DNA from: an uncultured Acidobacteriota bacterium
GTDB lineage: Bacteria > Acidobacteriota > Terriglobia > UBA7540
Direction of reading: 5' to 3'
Assembly (NCBI GenBank): GCA_963804995.1
Contig: CAWDSK010000006.1
Span: forward strand, 288,001 to 352,000
DNA length: 64,000 nucleotides
In this document: piece by piece, positions 53,123-63,541 of the stretch
How the letters are laid out: each line of letters starts with the position of its first letter
How positions within the stretch are numbered: the stretch's first letter is position 1
Position numbers and translations under genes: made by a program
The notes under the pieces: generated by a model
What the model saw: only the letters and a program-made list of their open reading frames with translations
Database searches by the model: none
Told to the model about the DNA's origin: nothing

Positions 53123-54553
53123 TTAATTCACAGCGTCCCGCTTTGATTGGCCCCTGATCGCTTCGATCAGCCCGTCCTTGGCTGCGTCGACGGCCTTTTT
53201 CGCCCACTGTTCCCAGTTGGCCTCGACGTATTTCACCGCCATGTCGATCAACGAGCCATCGGTCAGCTTCTTCAGCGTGAACTCCGTCAGCTTCTTTTCG
53301 GCAGCGTCGGCTTTGACGCCCTGCGGTGACGTCACCGCATCTTTGATCCAATCCGTAGTCGCGCCAGCGATGAGCTCACGGATCTTGCCACTGATGGGGT
53401 TTCCCAAGGCCTTGATGGCGGAAAGCAATCCCAAGTCGAAAAAGAACTTGTCCAGATACGTGAAGCAAGTATTCACGAACCGGCTCAGCGGGCCGGTGGC
53501 CATGGCATTGCCGCGGAAGAGAGTCCAAAAGGGGTTTAACGCCTCCGCGAGCCCCTTCTTGTGGCACTCCGCCCACTTGATTTCCGCCTGGTCCGACATC
53601 TTGGCCAGTTGGGCCGACGATTGCAACCAATGGATCTGATCGACAGTGATGGTATCGCCGGCCACCCCGGGACTCGTCATGAGCTTATTGGACGCCGCCA
53701 TACGAATGGCGTACATGTACAGATGAAAGTATTGGGACGCCATTTCCTTGATGAAACCTGTGAGGTAAGCCCTCACGAGCACCAGGATCTTGGGTCTGAT
53801 ATATTTGAGCGCTCGGCGCAAGACCTCGCGGGCAATATATTTTTCGCTGACCTCGGCCGCGGCCTTGGCCTCCCAGCCTCCCGTGAGCCCCCAGAGGAAG
53901 TCCATGAAGAGGCCGGTGAACTCATGGATGATCACGTTGAGTTCAGCCAATTCGGCCGCCAATTCCTTCCAGATTAAGTCGACGGCAAAGTCCTCCGGGT
54001 AGTCCCATTGACGGGGAAACGGCACGATGGTGCCTCCCGCCACCAAGCAGCGACGGAAGATGACCCCGCCACTCCACTGATCGGTCAAGCTGGGGATGAT
54101 CTTCGTGATGACGAAGAGCACGCGGTATCTATCGTCAGAATCAATATCCAGCACGAAAAACAGCAGGGCCGTGAAGACGTTGGAACCGGGATCGTCGAAA
54201 CCAAGATGGCGGAGTTGGCTGCGGCTGACGCTGCCGTGGTTGAGGGTGTCGCCCTCGCAAAGCCAGGAGGAGTCTTTCTTGGGATCCGCACGCGATACTA
54301 GCCCGGGGGGCGGGTAAACTATTTGTCCATTCCTCCAGACTTCACACATGGGCTGGCCGGAACGTGAATAGACGTAGCGCACACGAATTCTTCCGTCGTT
54401 AGGCGGGGGATGGAACTCGGGCTGCTGCGGAATCGGCTGGGCCGCGCCCGCAGGCCGCACATCCATGTGTCCACGAAGGCCCTGGGCTGGGGGAACTTGC
54501 GAAAATTGTTGCTGCTGGTCTTTCCCTAGAGAGCCCGGAACTTTTCCAGTCAT
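53123..54553 (-). CDS. Hypothetical protein (476 aa), candidate T6SS effector
   Basis: GGAGG RBS; located between tssH and vgrG; no family recognised. Confidence 0.75.
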   Translation of the reverse strand: MTGKVPGSLGKDQQQQFSQVPPAQGLRGHMDVRPAGAAQPIPQQPEFHPPPNDGRIRVRYVYSRSGQPMCEVWRNGQIVYPPPGLVSRADPKKDSSWLCEGDTLNHGSVSRSQLRHLGFDDPGSNVFTALLFFVLDIDSDDRYRVLFVITKIIPSLTDQWSGGVIFRRCLVAGGTIVPFPRQWDYPEDFAVDLIWKELAAELAELNVIIHEFTGLFMDFLWGLTGGWEAKAAAEVSEKYIAREVLRRALKYIRPKILVLVRAYLTGFIKEMASQYFHLYMYAIRMAASNKLMTSPGVAGDTITVDQIHWLQSSAQLAKMSDQAEIKWAECHKKGLAEALNPFWTLFRGNAMATGPLSRFVNTCFTYLDKFFFDLGLLSAIKALGNPISGKIRELIAGATTDWIKDAVTSPQGVKADAAEKKLTEFTLKKLTDGSLIDMAVKYVEANWEQWAKKAVDAAKDGLIEAIRGQSKRDAVN

Positions 54554-54744
54554 GGCGTCCTCCGCCAGGTACGCTTTGGAAATGTGGCATTACAATTAAG
54601 TCCGGCGGGAACTCCGGTCAGGATTGCTCCCGCAACCGGCCCCACGCGAATGCCCCCCGGGCATGGGAACCTTCACAGGGAAGACCCCTCCCCCTCGGCA
54701 TTAAACACCGTGCAGCGTGAACTCCCCGTCCATGCAGGCCGTGC

Positions 54745-57450
54745 TTAGTTGTACACAAACGCCCCATTGGCTCCGATGCCGACGTGGATACTCGCCACCT
54801 TCTCGCCCTCGGCCATTCGCCCCAACAACTGCCGGGAAATATCCGGCAGCAGGGTGTTGGTGAGAATGTTGTCCACGTTCCGGGCTCCGCTCTCAACTTC
54901 CGTGCAGCGGCTGGCGACAACGTCCACCAGGGCCGGCTCATAGGTCAGCCGAATCTGGTGGTTCTCTTCGATGCGTTTCCGAATTCTCCCCAGCTTCAAT
55001 TCGATGATCAACTTGAGGGAATCTTCGCGGATCGGGTAGAAGGGGATGAGCACCATGCGGCCGAGAAAAGCCGGCTTGAAGATCTTATTCAGCTCGGGCC
55101 GCATCGCTTTGATAATGCCTTCCGCCGAGGGCATGGTTTCCTTATCGGCACACAGCTTCATCATCTGATCGGTGCAGGCGTTAGAGGTGAGGATAATGAT
55201 GGTGTTCTTGAAATCAATTTCGCGGCCCTCGCCATCTTCCATCTTACCTTTATCGAATACCTGATAGAAGAGTTCCAGAACATCCGGATGCGCTTTCTCC
55301 ACTTCATCGAGCAAAACCACCGAGTACGGGCGCCTGCGGACGGCTTCCGTCAATACCCCGCCCTCGCCGTAGCCGACATATCCCGGCGGCGAGCCTTTCA
55401 AGGTCGAAACCGTGTGCGGCTCCTGAAATTCCGACATGTTGATGGTGATGAGGTTGTGTTCTCCGCCGTAAAGCAGATCGGAGAGCGCCAGGGCCGTCTC
55501 GGTCTTTCCCACACCGCTGGGGCCTACCAGCATAAAGACCCCGATAGGCTTGTTGGGATCATCGAGGGCGGCGCGGGAGGTCTGCACGCGTTGGGCGATC
55601 ATGTCCAAGGCATGCTCCTGGCCGATGACACGCTTTCCCAGCAGCGAACCGAGCGAAAGCACGGTGGAGATTTCATTTTTCAGCATCTTTCCCACCGGGA
55701 TACCGGTCCACGCAGCAAGCACCTCGCCTACAATCTGGGCGTCAACCGCCACCCGCAACATGGGGGTTTCACCTTGCAAGGCGGCAAGCTCCGCTTCCAC
55801 CTTGGCGAGTTCGGCGCGCAAGGCCTCAGGATTCGCAGCTGGTGCGGGGGCGGCAGCCGCAGCGGGTTGGGGTGCGGCAACCGGCGCTGGCGCCTGAGCC
55901 GGGGCAGCGGCAGGAGCCTTTCCTGTTGCGCCCTCGATTTGGGTTTGGAGGTCCCGGATCTTGGAAACGAGTTCGAATTCCTTGGTCCAGCGCTCGCGCA
56001 GAACCTTTAGACGGGCCTCGACCTCGACCTTTTGCTTGGCGATTTCCGCCAAGCGTTCCGCATGATCGGCTCCGACGGCCGTCTCGCGCTCCAGGATTAC
56101 CCGCTGAACTTCCAGATCATCCAGTTGACGCCCCGCATCCTCGATGAGGGGCGGCGTGGCGCTTTGCCCGAGGGCCAGGCGCGCGCAGGCTGTGTCCAAG
56201 ATGCTGACCGCTTTGTCGGGCAACTGCCTCCCCGCCAGATAGCGATGGGAAAGCCGCACGGCGGCCGTCAGCCCTTCATCCATAATACGAACCTTGTGAT
56301 GCTTCTCCAGGGAAGGAACAATGCCGCGCAACATAACGGAGCATTGCAGTTCGACCGGTTCTTCCACCTTGACAACCTGAAACCGCCGCGCCAAGGCGGG
56401 GTCCTTTTCAAAGTACTTTTTGTATTCGGACCACGTGGTGGCGGCAATCGTGCGCATTTCACCACGCGCCAGGGCGGGCTTCAGCAGGTTGGCAGCATCG
56501 TTCTGCCCGGCTTGGCCACCGGCACCAATCATGGTGTGGGCCTCGTCAATAAACAAAATAATGGGCACGGGAGAAGCTTTGACTTCTTCAATCAGGCCCT
56601 TGAGGCGGTTTTCAAATTCACCCTTGATGCCTGCCCCAGCCTGGAGCAACGCCAGATCGAGAGTGCGAACCACGACGTTGCGGAGGGGGGGCGGCACATC
56701 TCCCTTGGCGACGCGCGCCGCGAAGCCTTCCACCACCGCCGTCTTCCCCACCCCCGCTTCGCCGGTGAGGATGGGGTTGTTTTGCCGGCGGCGCATCAGG
56801 ATATCGATAATCTGGCGGATCTCCACATCTCGTCCCAATACCGGGTCGATTTTTCCGGCCTTGGCGTTCTCGGTGAGATTGACGGTGAATTGATCGAGAT
56901 TGGCGGTCTTACCCGCGCCAGCCGGACGCGGAGCCCCCGGAGCGCCCGCAGGCGCCCCCGCGGGCTCCACCATCTCTTCCTCCGAATGTTCCACGATGGA
57001 GAGAAAATCCTTGCGCAGGACTTCCCCCTCGATTTTCTGGAGTTCCTTGCTTACCTCGCGAACCAGCCGGCTGAGCTCCTCATTCGTCACCAGAGCCACG
57101 ACGGTGAACCCCGTCCGAATCTCTCCGGAACCGAAATCAATGGACCCGATCGTCCAAGCTTCGGTCAGCATCTTGACCAGCGAAGGACTCAAGGTCGGGG
57201 TGCGCGCATTTCCCTTCTTGAGCTTGTCAAGGCTCCGGGTCAGCTCTGCGGTGAGACGCGATTTGTCGACGCCGAAACGATTGACGATCTGGGCAAAGTC
57301 CCCGTCCGGTTGATCCAGGAGCTTGAGCACATAGTGCTCGACTTCAATGTCATAGTTGGTGCGAGTCAGGCACAGGCCGGCAGATGACTCCAAGGTCTTC
57401 CGGGTAGACTCATTGAGTTTTCCGATCAGCGACTTGAGGTTGATGTTCAT
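54745..57450 (-). CDS. tssH: T6SS ATPase TssH (ClpV)
   Basis: GEAGVGKT, GPSGVGKT, AANLLKPALARG, GYVGYGEGG. Confidence 0.97.
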   Translation of the reverse strand: MNINLKSLIGKLNESTRKTLESSAGLCLTRTNYDIEVEHYVLKLLDQPDGDFAQIVNRFGVDKSRLTAELTRSLDKLKKGNARTPTLSPSLVKMLTEAWTIGSIDFGSGEIRTGFTVVALVTNEELSRLVREVSKELQKIEGEVLRKDFLSIVEHSEEEMVEPAGAPAGAPGAPRPAGAGKTANLDQFTVNLTENAKAGKIDPVLGRDVEIRQIIDILMRRRQNNPILTGEAGVGKTAVVEGFAARVAKGDVPPPLRNVVVRTLDLALLQAGAGIKGEFENRLKGLIEEVKASPVPIILFIDEAHTMIGAGGQAGQNDAANLLKPALARGEMRTIAATTWSEYKKYFEKDPALARRFQVVKVEEPVELQCSVMLRGIVPSLEKHHKVRIMDEGLTAAVRLSHRYLAGRQLPDKAVSILDTACARLALGQSATPPLIEDAGRQLDDLEVQRVILERETAVGADHAERLAEIAKQKVEVEARLKVLRERWTKEFELVSKIRDLQTQIEGATGKAPAAAPAQAPAPVAAPQPAAAAAPAPAANPEALRAELAKVEAELAALQGETPMLRVAVDAQIVGEVLAAWTGIPVGKMLKNEISTVLSLGSLLGKRVIGQEHALDMIAQRVQTSRAALDDPNKPIGVFMLVGPSGVGKTETALALSDLLYGGEHNLITINMSEFQEPHTVSTLKGSPPGYVGYGEGGVLTEAVRRRPYSVVLLDEVEKAHPDVLELFYQVFDKGKMEDGEGREIDFKNTIIILTSNACTDQMMKLCADKETMPSAEGIIKAMRPELNKIFKPAFLGRMVLIPFYPIREDSLKLIIELKLGRIRKRIEENHQIRLTYEPALVDVVASRCTEVESGARNVDNILTNTLLPDISRQLLGRMAEGEKVASIHVGIGANGAFVYN

Positions 57451-58498
57451 ACGCGTTTCCTTCCCAAAGCTGAAGAATGGTTTCCGAGGCATCCACCTTC
57501 ATGGGCCGGGTGGTGACATAGGTATGCCATCCGAGTTGAGGAGCGTTCTCCCCTTCCGCGCCCAGTTCACAAGGCGGCACATCCCGGTGGTCCAGAATCA
57601 GTTGGATCTCAAAATCAAATTCCCCGTTGGAAAAAAGTCTGGTCAAGGCCCCTAGGGGCGCGAAGGCGGAGCCTTGGGGAAGGAAATCCTGGTACTGTTC
57701 CAAGGATAAGGGCCCGATTTTAATACGGACACGGGCCGTCTGATCCCACACCTCATCCCCCACGACCGCCCCAAATCCCAGTTGCTCAGATTCACCGAGT
57801 CCACCTTGGAGAGCCGTTTGCGTATTTCGGTCAAGCGGATACCAGCCACCGGCGAATTGTTCCACCTCAACGGGGACTTCGAAGTAATCGCCGAGAAGAT
57901 TGCGGAGGGCCGACGCCGAATGTGGCCGTTGGGCCAGAAGCCCGGAGTAATAAAGCAGTGAATCATCGAGCACCGAGAGCCGGTTTTGCAGACCGGGCGT
58001 TCCCATGCCAATCAAATCCATCAAATGGTGGGAAAAAGGGTCCAGGCCCTCGCGCTCATAAGCAACGGAAAACCGGTATTTCTCCCAAGCCAGATAAAAA
58101 AGCGAAATAATGCGATGGTTGAAAATATCAAAAAAATCGACCGCGGAACGATCGCCCGAGCGCGTTCGCTCCGCTAACAAGGACGTGTAGTAGAGGGGCA
58201 AGACACCTTCCGGCCCTGTCAAACCCATGAAGTTAACCTGCATCCGCCCCGGGCCGTCTTGGGGCCATTCGAGAGCTTGCACTTCGCTGGCGGGAAAAGC
58301 CAGAGTGGAATTGGCGAGGAAGCGGACCACTTCGGCGCTGGGAGGATGGAACCCCCCCACCGGTGATTTGCCGGGGAAAAGGCGCTCCAGAAGGCGAACC
58401 GCCTGGAAGAACTCAAAGAGATAGGGTTCCTCCCGGAGTTCTGCTTCCACGGTGGAGACGCTTACATCAGGATCACTTGGCCTGCCCGTGGTGGCCAT
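57410..58498 (-). CDS. tssG: T6SS baseplate TssG
   Basis: FEFFQAVRLL, NFMGLTGPEGVLP, DFFDIFNHR. Confidence 0.95.
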   Translation of the reverse strand: MATTGRPSDPDVSVSTVEAELREEPYLFEFFQAVRLLERLFPGKSPVGGFHPPSAEVVRFLANSTLAFPASEVQALEWPQDGPGRMQVNFMGLTGPEGVLPLYYTSLLAERTRSGDRSAVDFFDIFNHRIISLFYLAWEKYRFSVAYEREGLDPFSHHLMDLIGMGTPGLQNRLSVLDDSLLYYSGLLAQRPHSASALRNLLGDYFEVPVEVEQFAGGWYPLDRNTQTALQGGLGESEQLGFGAVVGDEVWDQTARVRIKIGPLSLEQYQDFLPQGSAFAPLGALTRLFSNGEFDFEIQLILDHRDVPPCELGAEGENAPQLGWHTYVTTRPMKVDASETILQLWEGNAYEHQPQVADRKTQ

Positions 58499-60300
58499 TC
58501 TTTGAGCACCCCCCTGCGCTGACGAGTCTTGACAACGAGTTGGCTGAAGCTATTGAGCGAAGCGTAGAGGCCGAGGAAATGGTCCAAAACCGCGGCAAAT
58601 AGATAGACGCCGCTCCCCGCATAGTCTTCTTCGTCAAACTCCATTTGCACTTGGGTGCCGCGGGCGAAGGCAATTCCGCTCTCGGAATTGATGCGTGCAA
58701 AGTGACGTTTGCTACTTACCCCCGTGATTCCGGAGATTTGCTTGTCCACATCGGCGGAATCCGAAAAGTTATAGAGACGGAGGACCTCCTGCAAGGCTTC
58801 CTTGCCCTCCTCGACAATGGAGAGGTAGTTGAGCGCAAGATGAGAAATCAATCTCCAAAGAGCATTCCGCCCCATGGGCGGCCGGAGCGTTGGGGTGGGT
58901 TTGCGCAAGGCGACGGCGCCCTTCATCGATCCGATTCCCTCGACCTCGAAGTCGCCGCTTTCGTTCCCAAACGGCAGGCGGGAAGGAATGTCACGATTGG
59001 TGCAGGTGCAATGAGCGGTAATCACCTGTGCGTCCGGCAAGCAAGTATGCATGGAAAGGTCAACGAGAAATAGGGAGACCTCCGATCCCTCGTCCCCCTT
59101 CCGGCTGGAAGGACGCCGCGTGGAGTACCAGAACGTTTGGTTCTTTTCCCTCAGGGTGCGGTGCCGGTAGGAATAGAACGGTTCATAATGGGTAAGCTCA
59201 TGGGTGACCGGGTCAGAACTGACAACATCGTCGATGGAGAAAATCTCTGTGGCCATCCTCCGCCGCGCATCCGGAACCACGGGGTATTCCGACCGCCGCT
59301 GGGTCAACATGATGGGCTCAGCAGTTTGAGGAAACAGATTGATGACCGGCGCAGTCCCCAGAAGAATCGCTTTGGCCGTGACTGCCTCGGCCAATCTTTG
59401 CTGTCGCTGCTCGGCTTCAAATGGGGATATGAGAAAGATGATTTCCGCACGTTCGCCGGGAATCGCTTTCAAGGGTTGTTCCAGGCCGTTAAGTTCAAAA
59501 AAAAAGAATTTCTCCGGAAAGGCGAAATACTCCTGCAACAGCCTGTAGCCCTGGAAAGATCTTCGCGGGTACGGCAACACCGATTCCGATTCGGAAAACC
59601 CCATGGGCCGCAGGGACTTTATGTTGAGCGGGTGAGGGGGCTGCTTGGTATTATCGGGGTCCCGGATGATGATTTGCCGACAATTGTTGGACAGTAATTC
59701 GTACAGCGTATTCACCACATCGCCTTCACCGTTGAGAAAGAACCGCAGGGATGACATTTGGAGCTTGTCGAAATTGACATCAGGAAAGCAGCGGAGTTCC
59801 ACCCGGAGAGCGGCGACCGCGTCAGGAGCGCGCAAGGGGGGATTGAGTTTATCGGGGGTGATCCACCGGGCATCGCCCACTTCAACAGGCCAAAGGGTGA
59901 CATCGTAACATGTGCTAAATTTGCAAGGAACCCCATCCACCGGCCGGGAATACAGGACGGAATCGCGCGGAATTTCGAGACCGGTGGTCAGCTTTCCCTG
60001 CTCCGGGTCAAGGCGAAACTGCGCCACAGTCATGGAGGGGATAGGCCTAAGAAAATGGGGGTAAAGGATGTTGAGCAATCCCTCGGTAATCTGCGGGAAT
60101 TCATCGTCAATTTTCAGATGGACACGAGCGGCGAGAAGAGCAAACCCCTCCAGGAGCCTCTCCACATGCGGGTCTTCACACCGGTTTACGTCCAGTTGCA
60201 GGCGCGCGGCGATCTTGGGATGCTTCTCGGCGAATTCCTTCCCCATCTGGCGGAGAAAGGTAAGCTCATTTTCATAATAATCGAGAACTTTATCGCGCAT
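58462..60300 (-). CDS. tssF: T6SS baseplate TssF
   Basis: DPHVERLLEGFA, LLQEYFAFPEKF, WRLISHL.LNY, SLNSF. Confidence 0.96.
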   Translation of the reverse strand: MRDKVLDYYENELTFLRQMGKEFAEKHPKIAARLQLDVNRCEDPHVERLLEGFALLAARVHLKIDDEFPQITEGLLNILYPHFLRPIPSMTVAQFRLDPEQGKLTTGLEIPRDSVLYSRPVDGVPCKFSTCYDVTLWPVEVGDARWITPDKLNPPLRAPDAVAALRVELRCFPDVNFDKLQMSSLRFFLNGEGDVVNTLYELLSNNCRQIIIRDPDNTKQPPHPLNIKSLRPMGFSESESVLPYPRRSFQGYRLLQEYFAFPEKFFFFELNGLEQPLKAIPGERAEIIFLISPFEAEQRQQRLAEAVTAKAILLGTAPVINLFPQTAEPIMLTQRRSEYPVVPDARRRMATEIFSIDDVVSSDPVTHELTHYEPFYSYRHRTLREKNQTFWYSTRRPSSRKGDEGSEVSLFLVDLSMHTCLPDAQVITAHCTCTNRDIPSRLPFGNESGDFEVEGIGSMKGAVALRKPTPTLRPPMGRNALWRLISHLALNYLSIVEEGKEALQEVLRLYNFSDSADVDKQISGITGVSSKRHFARINSESGIAFARGTQVQMEFDEEDYAGSGVYLFAAVLDHFLGLYASLNSFSQLVVKTRQRRGVLKEWPPRAGQVILM

Positions 60301-60301
60301 G

Positions 60302-60787
60302 CTAGGTGCTCTTGACCTTGTATTCGCCTTTCGACGGCTCTAACAACGTATCAAAGAAAACCGGTTCCGGGGCTGGGTCCATGCGCAGCAAGCCCTCAAT
60401 ACTGAAGTGGATGCCGCGCACCACGTCAGAGGAAGGTTGGAGAGTCACCTTTACAGCCTGTAGCCTGGGCTCGAAGAAGCTGATCGCGCTCTTAATGGTT
60501 TTCGTCAGATATTCCTGGTCCTTGACCGACTGCAGGTACAGGCTGGTGGTGTCAGGGACGCCGTAATTGTAAACGGAATGCTCCACCTCCCGCAAAGATT
60601 CCGGGGGGTCTTCAATGGTGCTGCGCGTATTAAAGAGCCACTCCAAATCCCGCCGGAGCGCCGCCCGCAATTCCCGCAGTGATTGTGCTCTGGACATGGG
60701 GGGCTCCAGTTTGCGGTCCGGTTCATCATCGATGAGCCGATCCAGCACCGACAATGTTACGGGGCCTTCCTTGTCAAAAGATGGCAT
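60302..60787 (-). CDS. tssE: T6SS baseplate TssE
   Basis: SVLDRL, RDLEWLFNT, NYGVPD, FEPRL. Confidence 0.95.
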   Translation of the reverse strand: MPSFDKEGPVTLSVLDRLIDDEPDRKLEPPMSRAQSLRELRAALRRDLEWLFNTRSTIEDPPESLREVEHSVYNYGVPDTTSLYLQSVKDQEYLTKTIKSAISFFEPRLQAVKVTLQPSSDVVRGIHFSIEGLLRMDPAPEPVFFDTLLEPSKGEYKVKST

Positions 60788-62616
60788 TAGCTTCCGAGAG
60801 AGGTGATGGCCTGAACGGGATCAAGGCGGACAACCTTTTGGAAGAGTCTATGTTTTTCCGCGTCGTCCCCCTGTACTCGCTGGCTGTTCTTCATGATCAT
60901 CATCAGGGCTTTGGCGATCGTTTTGGGGTTTTCCCAGGTCTCCAGGTGATTGGTCTCAATGCTTGACGCTAAGTCTTCAATGATGGGCTGGGCAATCTCC
61001 GTCTTCCCGGCCGCGACGCAAATCTCGGCAAGCTGCAATTTTCGGAAGAACTGGCCCCTGCCGGTAAGCTGCCTTTCGACTTCGCGCATCATGGTGTCGA
61101 TGGCTTTTTCGGTTTGTCCTGCCTTCAAAGCCTCGTTCGCCAAGTCGTAACTGTCCACGAATTTTCGATGCCAACCGGGTGCCGAATTATTTTGCTTGAC
61201 CGGAGCTTCCGCGGCGGGCATGCCGTCCGGCGCGGGTGCGCTCTCCGGGGTAGGACTCGGCGTTTCCGCGACCAGTTCCTGCAACCACGCTCGCGTTTCG
61301 CTATTGGCGGCAGGAGTATCATCGAGCAAGCTGACCTCCAGCGCTTGCGGCACATCACGCACCAGAGTCTTCAATTCACTTCGAATGGCGATGGCAATGC
61401 CGGAATAATCGCCCCCCAATCCAGCGCAGGCATCGACAGTGAATTTCTGGAGATCCAGCCAGCCACGGCTGCACGGGAGGGACATGCAGTTTTCCGCGGC
61501 CTCCAGCAGTTCGGTCCACTTCCCTTCAATGGCCAGTCTCTTGATATGCTGTCGCAGCTCGGTAGGGGGACCTTCCAAAAGGGTCATATCCTGTTTGCTC
61601 AAGGCAGCCCGCAACTCACCCCAGCGCAGACCCCTCATCATCAAGTAAGGCGCGGGGCTGAAGGGATCAAGTTTACGGAGGGCTGCCGCGGCGCCCGCCA
61701 CCGCCGTAATCGCTCCTCGACGCTCCGCCGGTTCCTTGTCGCCAAAAGGGATCACAATGCCCGCGGACGCCGACCCCACCAACCTGGGTGTTTCGCCCGA
61801 ACTCGTCTCGGGGGCTGCCTCGGGCTGCCCCGCCTCAACGGGATCCGGCTCCTTCTCGCGCTTCTTCTGGAGAAATCCATGCACGACAGGCCGGATCTCT
61901 CCTAGCACTGACTCCAGCTTGTTAAGGGAAGGCGCCGCGTCGCCAAATTTCGCGTTGCAGGATTCCTTCAGTGGGGCGAGGATTCCCAGGCAACCGTCAA
62001 GGTCCTTCTCGCCTTTTGCGTAAAAAGCCTTGGGAGTTTCTTCGAAACACTTGTCGAGGGCTTCCAGTGCCACCTTCCCTTGCTCAATAGCTGCGGCGCG
62101 GGCCTGCTTAGCTTCGTCACTTTTCGCGTCGTCCTCGTACCCCAGCTTGCGGGACTCTAACACGTCCGTAAAGCCATACGGTTCCTTTTGCACGAGGGGA
62201 ACGCTCTTCAGGGGAATTTCGAACCGGGTGGCGAGGAACTCCAAAGGGGCAGCCCGCATTTCCACATCGCCATCCTCAATCGCGGGGTAGAGCGTGTCCC
62301 AGAATTTATCCACCAAGCCGTGGCAAAGGTTCAACCCTTCCCGGAGGCCGCTAAAGCCGTTTTGCTTTATCCATGCCTCGGTGAGCCAAACCGCCAGCCA
62401 CAAGTCCTTGCTCTTCTTGGTAAGCGCTTCTGTGGTGAGTTTGATGACCAGTGGATTGTCCGCTACTTTGCGGTCGCTCTCGGTCATCCCAGCGGGTGGA
62501 ACCGCTTCCTCGCGCCGGGCTTCCTTGATTTTGCTGTAGATTTCTTCGTAGCGAAGGTCGGCGCCGCTGGGGTTGGGTCCCTCGATAGGATTTAACAGGT
62601 CGTCAGCAAGCGACAT
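60787..62616 (-). CDS. tssA: T6SS TssA
   Basis: ImpA_N LLNPI..GADLRY, SKDLWLAVWL; WLDLQ; LETWE. Confidence 0.92.
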   Translation of the reverse strand: MSLADDLLNPIEGPNPSGADLRYEEIYSKIKEARREEAVPPAGMTESDRKVADNPLVIKLTTEALTKKSKDLWLAVWLTEAWIKQNGFSGLREGLNLCHGLVDKFWDTLYPAIEDGDVEMRAAPLEFLATRFEIPLKSVPLVQKEPYGFTDVLESRKLGYEDDAKSDEAKQARAAAIEQGKVALEALDKCFEETPKAFYAKGEKDLDGCLGILAPLKESCNAKFGDAAPSLNKLESVLGEIRPVVHGFLQKKREKEPDPVEAGQPEAAPETSSGETPRLVGSASAGIVIPFGDKEPAERRGAITAVAGAAAALRKLDPFSPAPYLMMRGLRWGELRAALSKQDMTLLEGPPTELRQHIKRLAIEGKWTELLEAAENCMSLPCSRGWLDLQKFTVDACAGLGGDYSGIAIAIRSELKTLVRDVPQALEVSLLDDTPAANSETRAWLQELVAETPSPTPESAPAPDGMPAAEAPVKQNNSAPGWHRKFVDSYDLANEALKAGQTEKAIDTMMREVERQLTGRGQFFRKLQLAEICVAAGKTEIAQPIIEDLASSIETNHLETWENPKTIAKALMMIMKNSQRVQGDDAEKHRLFQKVVRLDPVQAITSLGS

Positions 62617-62622
62617 GGTTTA

Positions 62623-63345
62623 TCAGTCTCCCGTTGGAGCCGGACTGAACTCCACTGAGCGCAATTCGAGGAAAGGAAGCTCTTCATCATCTACCAGCCA
62701 CATCTTCTGGCCGAATGGGATCTCCTCATCGTATCCCTCGCGTTGCTCCCACACGGTGGCCCGTCCGAGCCGCACAGCATCATCGGAGTGTTGCCAAGAG
62801 AAGGGAGCAAGCACCGGGAGTAGTACCTCGCCGAGTTCCGCCCCTTTGAACGAGGGCGTTGTGCGAACCGCCGCGGGCGTCCACAGGAGATCTCTTAGCC
62901 GCTTCGGGGGCTCGATGTGAATCGAGGCCACGTGCTCAAGGGGAAGCCATAGGTAAGCGCCTGCTGCAAAAAGTTCGAGTCGGGTTCCGATCCTGGGATC
63001 GGCGTCCGAAAAAGAGCCGAACGGCTTGCCATTGAACGTGCCCGTAGCAGCCGGCGCAGGCGAGTCCGGGCGCTTCGGATACTCTCCGCGGGTAAAAAGG
63101 TCCTGCCGCTGTCGCTCGGCATAGAGCGCACTGCGATAAAGCAGAACCCCTAGCTCACTCAACGGTCCCTCCTGACCCAGCACCTCGAGTTGCTTGTCCG
63201 CCCGCTCATACTCTCCTGCGAAACATAAGAGCTCGAAGAGGAATGTTCGGCGGCGCGCGTCCGTCGGATTATCTCGGACTTCGGTACTCAGGGCCTTCAG
63301 CGCGTCAGCCAACCGGCCGGCTCGAAACAGCTCTTGTGAGTTCAT
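62623..63345 (-). CDS. tagJ: T6SS accessory TagJ (ImpE/SciE)
   Basis: LFELLCFAG..RA..QL, DADPRIG, LRDLLW, GQKMW. Confidence 0.92.
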   Translation of the reverse strand: MNSQELFRAGRLADALKALSTEVRDNPTDARRRTFLFELLCFAGEYERADKQLEVLGQEGPLSELGVLLYRSALYAERQRQDLFTRGEYPKRPDSPAPAATGTFNGKPFGSFSDADPRIGTRLELFAAGAYLWLPLEHVASIHIEPPKRLRDLLWTPAAVRTTPSFKGAELGEVLLPVLAPFSWQHSDDAVRLGRATVWEQREGYDEEIPFGQKMWLVDDEELPFLELRSVEFSPAPTGD

Positions 63346-63468
63346 CTCCGGCTCTCCCTTAGGACAAACAAATACTCGCCGCGGGTAAACCCGGACCGTG
63401 AGTCAACCCGTACCGCGCAGTCGCTGTCAATTCAAGCCCAGCAGGCAACAGCAACACACATCGACGTA

Positions 63469-63502
63469 TCTTCACGGCCCACCCGCTGGATGGCCGTGAA
63501 GA
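63469..63502 (-). terminator. Stem-loop downstream of hcp
   Basis: TCTTCACGGCC-N12-GGCCGTGAAGA; no clear U-tract. Confidence 0.5.
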
Positions 63503-63541
63503 CACTTCTCTCGATGTCACCACCCGGAACGGCCGGCGGCG

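Noticed and set aside
54784..57387. Long plus-strand ORFs (408 and 451 aa) and similar antisense ORFs elsewhere
   Set aside because: Antisense shadows of GC-rich genes such as tssH and the IS1634 transposase.
57410..57450. 41-bp tssG/tssH overlap as a regulatory feature
   Set aside because: Could be a lost stop codon or a sequence error; the sequence alone cannot decide.
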